A DNA stretch of 63,794 bases, filler included, from Stramenopiles sp. TOSAG23-3 (Eukaryota), in assembly GCA_900128585.1 (NCBI GenBank). It is 9 parts of 9 records of this genome, joined end to end, with 100 filler letters (N's around TTAATTAATTAA, not from the genome) between each part and the next. Parts side by side here need not be neighbours in the genome. Positions count along the whole stretch, not along the records: positions 49,094 to 58,791 come from LT642891.1; positions 58,892 to 60,459 come from LT645684.1; positions 60,560 to 62,127 come from LT645685.1; positions 62,228 to 63,794 come from LT645686.1; 5 more parts are not named here. One strand, given 5' to 3'. Positions 55,872-63,794 of this stretch are shown here, one piece after another (position 1 is the first letter of the stretch; every line of letters begins with the position of its first letter). The position numbers and the translations under genes are program-made. Under the pieces are notes generated by a model. It worked only from the letters and a program-made list of their open reading frames with translations, was not told the origin of the DNA and ran no database searches.

Positions 55872-56717
55872 ATGTACACGATGAATAGAATTTTTGCATT
55901 CATAGCTTTGTGCATCAGTGGTTTCGTCCAGCCGACGAGCTCATGGGAGTTGGTGTGGGAAGATGAGTTTGAAAAAGACGCGCTTCAATCGGAGTACTGG
56001 AACATTGCGGATAATTTTACACACGGGGACCAAGAATTGCAGCTTTATGTCAAAGAACAGGTCTCGGTGAACAATGGACAGCTAATCCTGAAGACGGCTA
56101 GCGTAGACAAGGCCACTGGGCCGGACGGCAAGAAAATATACCACTTTACTTCGGGTTGGGTTGATACGAAGTTCAAAGTAAACCAAACGTTTGGAAAATT
56201 TGTCGTTCGAGCAAAGTTGCCAAACCCAGACGCCTATGGAATTTGGCCAGCGATTTGGATGATGCCATCACCAAACAAGTGGAATTGCTGGCCGCTCGGG
56301 GGCGAAATTGATATCATGGAAGCGACGGGGGGGGAAGTTAACAACACGGTCTATGGCACGTACCATTGGGGGAAAAACCGCTCCACCCCTGAAACGGACG
56401 AGAGGGCGAAATGCACGGAGGGGTGCGGCTGTGATCTGTGGGATGGACACAACGGGAAATTTCTTCAGTTTCACAACTTTTCGGCGGGGTTTAACGATTT
56501 TGCTGTCGTGTGGGACGAATCTGGTCTATCGTGGTTCGTGAACGACGTGTTGTACCACGAGCGATCGTTGGAGAACGTCCCATTTATTCCTACCGAACCC
56601 TTCTACATGATTTTAAATACTGCCATCGATTGGTGGAACAAAAAGTCTGGGACCCCACTAAACGCCTACCCCGTAGAATTCACCATCGATTTTGTTCGCT
56701 TCTACGCGAAAACTTAA
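55872..56717 (+). CDS. GH16 beta-1,3-glucanase (laminarinase-like), secreted
   Basis: Signal peptide after ATG 55872/55881, WELVWEDEF, ELQLY, FTSGWVDTK, GIWPAIWMMP, GEIDIME, FYMILNTAI, IDFVRFY. Confidence 0.95.
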   Translation: MYTMNRIFAFIALCISGFVQPTSSWELVWEDEFEKDALQSEYWNIADNFTHGDQELQLYVKEQVSVNNGQLILKTASVDKATGPDGKKIYHFTSGWVDTKFKVNQTFGKFVVRAKLPNPDAYGIWPAIWMMPSPNKWNCWPLGGEIDIMEATGGEVNNTVYGTYHWGKNRSTPETDERAKCTEGCGCDLWDGHNGKFLQFHNFSAGFNDFAVVWDESGLSWFVNDVLYHERSLENVPFIPTEPFYMILNTAIDWWNKKSGTPLNAYPVEFTIDFVRFYAKT

Positions 56718-56822
56718 TTCATGGAATAGAGGTTACATCAAAAAAAAAAGCGAGAGAAAAAAGAAAACTAGTTTTTTCTCTTAATATAACGTATATTTCT
56801 CTTTTTAAATGCAAAGGAGGAC

Positions 56823-56866
56823 GCTAAATTTAATTACTTATAAATAACAGCCAATTTTCTTGTTTT
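56823..56866 (+). repeat. Dispersed element copy
   Basis: GCTAAATTTAATTACTTATAAATAACAGCCAATTTTCTTGTTTT. Confidence 0.9.
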
Positions 56867-57190
56867 AATTTCTTGCATTTTTTTCGTCAAATATGCATGA
56901 GCTGATGATGATGATTATTTATAAAATGCAACAACAAACAACAACAACAAAAAAGAAGAGACGACACACAAAAAAAAAAAGACAAAAAAAAAACATTAAC
57001 GTGTTCGACGAGATCACCCATTTCAACGTAGAAACGGAAGAGGTAGCAGGGAAGTACAAGGTCAGGCGACACCTAAGATACTCTACTCAACAACAACAAC
57101 AGAAGGATGATTTCATTTGTTTATTTTAGACTAATATGATAAATAAAATAATAATTAGGCGTCAAAACGCCGATGGAACGATATATAATG

Positions 57191-57247
57191 AGGGTACGAC
57201 GAAGCTAAATTTAATTACTTAAATAACAGCCAATTTTCTTGTTTTTT
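57191..57247 (+). repeat. Dispersed element copy
   Basis: AGGGTACGACGAAGCTAAATTTAATTACTTAAATAACAGCCAATTTTCTTGTTTTTT, near-identical to 43020-43074. Confidence 0.92.
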
Positions 57248-57795
57248 AATAATTTAATCCTCATTCAGCTCATTGTATCGTGGGCATTGGTCCAAAGTGC
57301 CGCTACACAGGGACAATAGGAATAAATTCATGATGTTTACTTTGTAATTTGTTTTCACTTTTATATATTTCCACTTTTTTCTACTTTGCCTGGACGTTGT
57401 GTATTTTTCCATCGCATGTCGATCTTCTCTTGCTTCGCGGTGTAATATTTCTGGTAGGAATAGTATATAAGTATATATAATCCTTAATTATTTAAGGTTA
57501 TTTTACTACCAGATACCGAAGGAGAAGTTTCAGCACATTTTTGTGCGTGTGGTTTCAGCACATTTTAAAAAAAGGAGGAGGCAACATTTTTTAAGAAGAT
57601 CCAAAAAAAATCTTTATCTTATGTCCTTATACATGTCTTTTATTTCTTTATTCTTCTATCGCGTGTTCGGTCCCACAGGGACAGCTTCCTTTTACGTGCG
57701 CGGTACACGCTGAAAAGAAAACAGATGCGAAACAAGTATCAAAACACGCCACAAAGACAAAACAAAAACCTCAACCCCCAAGCCGTAAACGAAAA

Positions 57796-58326
57796 ATGAA
57801 ACCAACTTTACTTTTATTATCGTTCGACGAAATGGACGACGAAGCAGTCGGAAGCTGTATGGGACACAAACGTTGCGGTGACGAAATGGACGACGAAGAA
57901 GTTGGGATGGGTGGGCGGCGCCGTATACCACCTCCTAACTGGGACGAAATGGACGAAGAAGTTGTTGGCGGCGTGTACTACCCCGAAACCCAGCCTCACC
58001 AATTTGACGAGATGGACGAAGACGAGTGCTCCACTCGTAACTTCGACCGTGTTCTTGTTGCTACAGTTGAAATGACTGGTCGTGCTCCAAACACAGCTTG
58101 CGCACGAGCGGTATTCGACAAAATATGCGACCAATGCGAAGACGACATCCAATGCTACTTGAAGCTCGGAAGACAAGTTGGACCAGAGACACGGCAATGT
58201 CAGCCGCGCCGCCTACGTTTGCATGGACCTCCTCACCCTTACAATGTGTGCATTGGAAAGTGCACCACATATAGGTGTCGTAAAAAGTGCAGGAACAGAG
58301 CACGAACGGGTGATCTCGCCCCCTGA
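57796..58326 (+). CDS. Small precursor-like protein with four DEMD(D/E)(E/D) acidic repeats separated by variable peptides and a Cys-rich C-terminus
   Basis: 176-aa ORF; in-frame repeats at 57826, 57880, 57943 and 58006; many repeat differences are synonymous. Confidence 0.65.
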   Translation: MKPTLLLLSFDEMDDEAVGSCMGHKRCGDEMDDEEVGMGGRRRIPPPNWDEMDEEVVGGVYYPETQPHQFDEMDEDECSTRNFDRVLVATVEMTGRAPNTACARAVFDKICDQCEDDIQCYLKLGRQVGPETRQCQPRRLRLHGPPHPYNVCIGKCTTYRCRKKCRNRARTGDLAP

Positions 58327-58722
58327 GAAGGTGGTACTTTCTGGTTTGTATCTAAAGTCCGTGGCGCGCTTTTCAAAGGGTTGGTCGTTGACGAGGAAAG
58401 CAGCTCCGTGTCGATCAGAAAGAGACCTGTGATTGTGGGAGTCGCCACCACGGTGTCTGATTTCAGACGGTTCCTTTTGTCACTGGAGGAAACAGAAGGT
58501 GCATCGGCTTCTATGCCCCCATTCGTTACTCGCATTTTAAACTCGAAAGCGTGTCGAACAGCATTCATGTTTAACGACGTCTTGACGCTGGAGACATGCG
58601 ACACATTAATTCGGGAGTTGGCTCGGTGCAGATGCCCGTACATTTGTGCCCATGGCAGGCCCACGTTGTCGTTGCTGGCGTCGGGAGGGAACGAGTTGAC
58701 AGAACGGGATGACACGAATTGA
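58300..58722 (+). pseudogene. MLH3: 3' fragment of an MLH3-type MutL gene (C-terminal endonuclease domain only), with an internal frameshift near 58378
   Basis: PPFVTRILNSKACRTAFMFNDVL...LIRELARCRCPYICAHGRPT is the MLH3/PMS-type C-terminus; upstream RVISPPEKVVLS lies in another frame; no ATPase domain or DQHA motif upstream. Confidence 0.75.
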
Positions 58723-58791
58723 AAAGTTGGCTACTTTAGAAAAAGCAAGAAATGTGTGCGTGTAATTATTACGCTTTAATCTTTTACCCTT

Positions 58792-58891
58792 NNNNNNNNN
58801 NNNNNNNNNNNNNNNNNNNNNNNNNNNNNNNNNNNTTAATTAATTAANNNNNNNNNNNNNNNNNNNNNNNNNNNNNNNNNNNNNNNNNNNN
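58792..58891. other. Artificial contig linker
   Basis: N44-TTAATTAATTAA-N44. Confidence 0.99.
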
Positions 58892-60459
58892 CCCTTCCGT
58901 GCATGCTGTACATACTTGAGTGTGATCGGTCCCAACAACGTACTGATTGGCTTCGCACGGTGTAAAGTCACATAGCGTGGCATTTCCATTAGGGTCATCA
59001 CCCGCTTCGTTGGTAAAGCCAGCTGGACATGAGGTGCACGTGGATGCTTGTTTGACCTTGGAATTACCCGTTCCTGCTACTAGGGGACCATAAGTAGTGG
59101 ATGTAGGTGGAAAGGTATCGGCAAGATCCACGGATACAGGTGTCAAACTGTTGGTGGTATCACCTTGGCCTAATACACCCATATATCCCTTTCCCCAACA
59201 TTTCACTCTGTCATCATCCAATATTACACATGTAACCTCATTACCGCATATTACATCTTTTACATTGGAGAGGGGAACCTTCACAGGTGTCGTTCTCTCC
59301 GTCGTTGTTCCATCGCCAACTTGACCTTCTGTGTTTGCCCCCCAACAATATAAATCACCGTTTACTAGAATAGCGCACCCGTGGTTATTTCCCATCTTTA
59401 CTTTTGCCGCATTTGGCAGTGTATCCCCTATGTCGGAGACGATATGTTTGCTAATATGCCCATTTGGATTTGCATTGTTGTCTCCAAACATGGGACTAAG
59501 AGCATAACCCCAACACATTATTTTACCTGTGTTTAATACAGCGCAAAAGCCCAACCCGCTACTGGATATTTGAATTGTGCCATCTAACTCAGGTACTTCA
59601 GCTGGTGTTACACTGTTCGAGCTTTTGCCGTTTTTATATTGTTTTCCCCAACACATTACTTTATTAGTGTCTAATATTGCACATGTTGCATCATCGCCTG
59701 CCTCGACTGCTATAGCGTTGTCTATGTTTAGCACATCGGTGATAGCCTGTGCGGTGTTCGTAGTCGTCCAGCTGCCACCGTCGCCCAACACTCCATAAGA
59801 TTTATCTCCCCAACATTTAATATTTCCACCTGACATGATCACGCACGCGTGGGTCGACCCTGTACTAAGTTGTTTTGCACCGGACACGTACGTTTTCCGG
59901 TCAGCGAAATTGATCCATCTAAGTTCAGGGATGAAATAGGAGGTATACCCCCAACATTCAACATCTTCATTGCCTAGTAGAGCACAATTATATCCACTTC
60001 CAAACCAACTACCTAAACGTTTTACATCGCTAAGTGCGATATAGGGAAGGTTGGTACCCATTTCGTTCGCGGTATCGCCTCTGTTGTTGGTATCTCCATA
60101 TCCCAATCTTTGGCTGTTTCCGTTACCCCAACATTTTGTACCGCCTGATAAAATAGCACAGAAATATTCTCCACCCATTCCAAGAAGATCGCCTTGAAAC
60201 CCAATGGTGTATCCCGCACAGGCTGCATCCGCGGCACATTTGCTCTCACAGTCATCGGAACAACTGCTTCCTTCGTACTTGTTTGATGATGCTACGTATG
60301 CTAATGGAGGTACGTACTGATTTGCCGCGCACATGCATTCGGATGCAACACTTGGGTTTACTGGCGTGGGCATCGTTCTTCCAATGGGACAAGCCAAACA
60401 GATACCATCTCCCACAGAATATTGATCGGTTTGACAATCGGGAAAAGTACATGTACCTG
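58892..60459 (-). CDS. Internal fragment of a large Cys-rich protein with an RCC1/BLIP-II beta-propeller
   Basis: Frame is open across the whole contig; seven CA(I/L/V)L..G..KCWG-type repeats flanked by CxxCPxG ephrin-receptor-like repeats. Confidence 0.88.
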
Positions 60460-60559
60460 NNNNNNNNNNNNNNNNNNNNNNNNNNNNNNNNNNNNNNNNN
60501 NNNTTAATTAATTAANNNNNNNNNNNNNNNNNNNNNNNNNNNNNNNNNNNNNNNNNNNN
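60460..60559. other. Artificial contig linker
   Basis: N44-TTAATTAATTAA-N44. Confidence 0.99.
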
Positions 60560-60723
60560 TGATTACGGTTCATTTGAAAGCAGTGTTAATCCATCTACTG
60601 ATTCAGATCATCAATGGAGTACATCTGAGAATGATAGTCTAGTTAAGTTCGCAGTTTATGACGGAATGCAAACCTAGAATGTATAAATCTAGATTTCAGT
60701 TCGCAGTACATTAATTTTAATTA

Positions 60724-60930
60724 CTAAATTTAATTACTTAAATAACAGCCAATTTTCTTGTTTTTTAATTACTTAAAAACAGCCAATTTTCTTGTTTTTA
60801 ATATGATAACAGCCAATTTTCTTGTTTTTAGTAAGGTGTTTTAGGTCGTGTTTTTTTGAAGAAGAATATTTTTGCATTTTTCTTCAATTTGTATTTTAAG
60901 GATTAAAAAATAACAGCCAATTTTCTTGTT
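60724..60930 (+). repeat. Four copies (three tandem plus one) of the dispersed element downstream of the CDF gene
   Basis: AACAGCCAATTTTCTTGTT at about 60744, 60778, 60808 and 60912. Confidence 0.92.
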
Positions 60931-61004
60931 CTGAAAAATAAGTTTACACGAGACTGTGTAATAATAAAAAATAATGTGAGAAAATTTACTTTTTATGTCT
61001 CCTC

Positions 61005-62127
61005 TCATGCCTCACGAATGGCCTTCCCGCGTTGTGGTGTTCTGGACATTCCACTCCTTGCGACGACTTCGTGCACCGGTTGCCCGGCCTCCTCCGCAGA
61101 AAAGGAAACCGCTGCCTCTCCCGCATTTTGGGCTTTGAGAAACCATGTCGTCGGAGGATCCTTCTCCACTTGGACGGTCAAGTGTTTAAACACGGGGTCC
61201 GACAACCGCTGTATTTCCTCTAATATTCGCTGCTCGTCCGCATTTTCATTGGCACGAATGCAAAAGGTGCCAACGTTCGTTTCCCCGTCGATCGACCAAA
61301 CGTTTTCTTCCCGTATCTCCAGGACCCCCGTGACGTTGGATATCGCCCGACTGCACCGCTCGACGTCGCTCTTGGATTTTGGGGAGCCAGGGGTGCACTG
61401 GAGCAAAATTCTTGACGTCGACCTTATCGTCGGAACAACCGTCCGCACCATCGCGACGCTCATGACCAGGGAGACCAGCGTGTCCGCATGGCTCCAGGTG
61501 TGCACGACGGTGGACGAGGCGAGTATGGCAATTGACCTGCCGATGGCGGCAACGGTGCCACGCAAGGTGGTCCTCATGACCGCCCTCATGCCCGGAGTCA
61601 TCTTGGAGCGGCGGGGCATCCCGACCGTCGACGGTCCAGCGATCATGCGCTTGTGCCGGAACACGAGGAGGCCGCAGAATTTCAAAAACATGCCCAGCAG
61701 AAGGGCGGGGACCAAGCCGCGCGTGTTGTCCGCCCCGCTCTCGTGGTACCCTAGCCTGTGCAGGGCTTCCAGCGCAACAAACATCCCGGTGAAAAACAAG
61801 AAAGACGAGTTCGTGAAGGTGGCTATCACCGGGACACGGCGGAGACCGAAAGGGAACGGCTCCCTTCCTTCCGGTTGCCCCGCGTAAACTTCAGAAATGC
61901 AGGCAACGACATACCCGCCAAGGTCAAAAACAGAGAAGAAGCAGTGGCCTAGCAGTGCCAGGCTTCCACACTCCCAAGAAACAAAAAACTGAACCAACAG
62001 AACGATCGAATGCAGTACCATGTAAACCAATAGCGTCTTTGCCGGGGCGCTTGACAGCAGCATTATTTTTGCGTCTGCCCAAGACACCGACACCGCGTCT
62101 CCCGCACGCGTTTTCCCACTCTCGGCG
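61005..62127 (-). CDS. Cation diffusion facilitator family protein, ZnT6-like degenerate; 5'-truncated by the contig end
   Basis: SLALLG..F..VFD, FPFGLRRV.VIA.FTN..FL.F, ALEALHRL, RILLQCTP, VTGVLEIRE.NVWSI, LTVQVEK. Confidence 0.85.
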
Positions 62128-62227
62128 NNNNNNNNNNNNNNNNNNNNNNNNNNNNNNNNNNNNNNNNNNNNTTAATTAATTAANNNNNNNNNNNNNNNNN
62201 NNNNNNNNNNNNNNNNNNNNNNNNNNN
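62128..62227. other. Artificial contig linker
   Basis: N44-TTAATTAATTAA-N44. Confidence 0.99.
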
Positions 62228-62277
62228 TACTTAAATAACAGCCAATTTTCTTGTTTTAAATAAATAACAGCCAATTT
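62228..62277 (+). repeat. Two tandem copies of the dispersed element, about 10 bp from a minus-strand stop codon
   Basis: TACTTAAATAACAGCCAATTTTCTTGTTTTAAATAAATAACAGCCAATTT. Confidence 0.9.
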
Positions 62278-62287
62278 ACTCTCCTCT

Positions 62288-63794
62288 CTACTCTTCTGTG
62301 TTTTCCTCGGCGGATGGTAGATATTGACGGTTTATTGAATTTGTGCTATTGCCTAGTACACTCTCGATATTGCCTCCTATCGCATGGGATTTCCCACCAA
62401 AATCATCCCACTGCTCCAAATCATCGACTGGGAAATCTTTGATTTTTTTATTTCTGGCCAAACAGGCTAAGCTCATTTGGTCGCGGCAAGGATTCAATTT
62501 GTACCGAGGTTGAGAGGGATTGATTGGTTTTCCCAAAGTTGTTTTATCATATTTTGATGCCCAACCTTTGATATCATTAAATTGCAGCCCCTCTCTTTCT
62601 TTTTCAAAGCTGGACGAACCGGTGCTGACCGGGCATGCGCAACACTCGGAACGCCGAGACTCTATCGCATAACCCAGATAAGGATGCTTGTCGTCAAAGT
62701 TGGGGTTCGTTGACCGGGTAGTATCCTTTAGTTCTAAAAGCGTTGAACGAAGAAAATTATTGTCACCGTACTGGTGAAGCAAATGTTCCAGTGGGACGTC
62801 AGGCGTGGCATCTTCTGATATTTTTCTTATCCAATTTTTCTTATCCATGTTAAAGTCTTGGATGCTCGACCCCGACAAGAGTGCCGCTTTGATGTCTTTC
62901 GGCACGCGCTTGTTGTACGAAATAGGAGGCCGCCGGACAATACTGGAACGACGCTTTGACACTTTCAATGGACGACGGGACTGGCTACTTTCTAGAAACG
63001 AACTTTGTCCATTCTTTGGCAAAGTAACACAAGGGCAACACTGTTTTTGCCTCTTCAGTGGGCGCCACTCCTTCGTGGCGTGTGAATCCCATACGCATAC
63101 GGAAAATTTGACAGAGGAACCCAGCGCATCGCCTTCCGAACGGTCTTCGTTATTAACGTAAGGCTTCATGTTTGGAGTGCCTTCTCTCTGGTATACCCAT
63201 TTATTGTACTCTCTCGATAATGTTCTCATCATGCCCATGCGTTGATCCCTTTCGCCTCGGGGGTCATCTATTTGCTCCGTCCGATTGCCCATACGGCGCC
63301 GGATCATAACACACGATCCCTGAATTCTGCTGAAACTTGCACGAGGGTCAAAAACAGCGCTACCATCAAACTTTGTCAAGAGCGGGATTTCTCCGTTTGT
63401 TAGAAAACGCACCATTGCTACCAATTCTTTTGGGAAATGCCAAGTTTTTATCGCATGAACTGGGGACCTCGCGCATTCGTCCAATTTGTGGCGAGGGTGT
63501 TCCATAAATTTGTAAAGTATATTAACGTTGCTAGTGTACTCGGAACGGGTCTGAAGCAAGCTCGTTCCAGAAGTAATATCATATATATCATCCTTTGCCG
63601 GTTTCCTGTCGTGGAAAAATGTGCCCTGAACGGGGTCGATTGCTTGTAGTTCCCCTTGGTGGGGCAAAGTAATACCAGCCGGCAGACGGGCATCCATAGC
63701 GGCCTGTGCCATCATAACTGCATCAGGGCGCTTGATACCATTGCTGCATACGTAATCAGGGCTGCAATCGGTACTAAATTCGCAGGGTGCTCCC
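62288..63794 (-). CDS. 3' part of a hypothetical Cys-containing protein (SLLQ/SFLE/TLLE motifs, CCxCxV twice)
   Basis: Frame is open to the window end (GAPCEFSTDCSPDYVCSNG upstream of the listed Met); no family recognised. Confidence 0.75.
   Translation of the reverse strand, partial: GAPCEFSTDCSPDYVCSNGIKRPDAVMMAQAAMDARLPAGITLPHQGELQAIDPVQGTFFHDRKPAKDDIYDITSGTSLLQTRSEYTSNVNILYKFMEHPRHKLDECARSPVHAIKTWHFPKELVAMVRFLTNGEIPLLTKFDGSAVFDPRASFSRIQGSCVMIRRRMGNRTEQIDDPRGERDQRMGMMRTLSREYNKWVYQREGTPNMKPYVNNEDRSEGDALGSSVKFSVCVWDSHATKEWRPLKRQKQCCPCVTLPKNGQSSFLESSQSRRPLKVSKRRSSIVRRPPISYNKRVPKDIKAALLSGSSIQDFNMDKKNWIRKISEDATPDVPLEHLLHQYGDNNFLRSTLLELKDTTRSTNPNFDDKHPYLGYAIESRRSECCACPVSTGSSSFEKEREGLQFNDIKGWASKYDKTTLGKPINPSQPRYKLNPCRDQMSLACLARNKKIKDFPVDDLEQWDDFGGKSHAIGGNIESVLGNSTNSINRQYLPSAEENTEE

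Noticed and set aside
57826-58026. CRISPR-like array (27-nt repeats, 27-36-nt unique spacers)
   Set aside because: All units are multiples of three within one ORF, many repeat differences are synonymous, the repeats are not palindromic, there are no cas genes and the context is eukaryotic. It is a protein-level repeat.
58324-58326. TGA recoding (Sec/Trp) fusing the precursor to MLH3
   Set aside because: MLH3 similarity at this point is in a different frame, and TGA is an ordinary stop in other genes here (13513, 30497).
9733-62227. Periodic TTAATTAATTAA motif roughly every 9.8 kb
   Set aside because: Artificial linker inside N runs joining length-sorted contigs.

Overview
Eukaryotic, protist-type genomic DNA, probably a marine heterotrophic stramenopile-like organism (inferred from gene content and style). 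The window is not contiguous: nine length-sorted contigs (9732, 9729, 9718, 9708, 9706, 9698, 1568, 1568, 1567 bp) are joined by artificial 100-nt N linkers carrying TTAATTAATTAA, so neighbourhood only means something within a contig. Genes are almost intron-free and GC-rich, set in very AT-rich, microsatellite-laden spacers. Recognisable genes: a CEP350/DUF4378-like giant protein, a CUE/PH protein, a 3-beta-HSD-SRPBCC fusion, GH38 (one clear intron), DUF218, a HAD phosphatase, an atypical kinase, deoxynucleoside kinase, an OTU-RING-PHD protein, a TTL-family ligase, a BPL_N/FGase/GGCT triple fusion, PhoD, GH20, uricase, GH36, a membrane RING-H2 ligase, GH16, an RCC1-repeat protein and a degenerate CDF transporter. 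Most notable: (1) a small precursor-like protein of repeated acidic DEMD(D/E)ExVG spacers alternating with unrelated cores, abutting an MLH3 fragment; (2) a dispersed element (core AATAACAGCCAATTTTCTTGTTTT) with about 18 copies on 7 contigs, always downstream of gene 3' ends; (3) the triple glutamyl-amide hydrolase fusion; (4) a deubiquitinase-plus-E3 chromatin protein; (5) a lower-GC orphan-ORF island bracketed by a 32-bp direct repeat. Three genes carry a +1 homopolymer frameshift, probably sequencing error. All domain calls come from motif recognition by eye; no searches were run.
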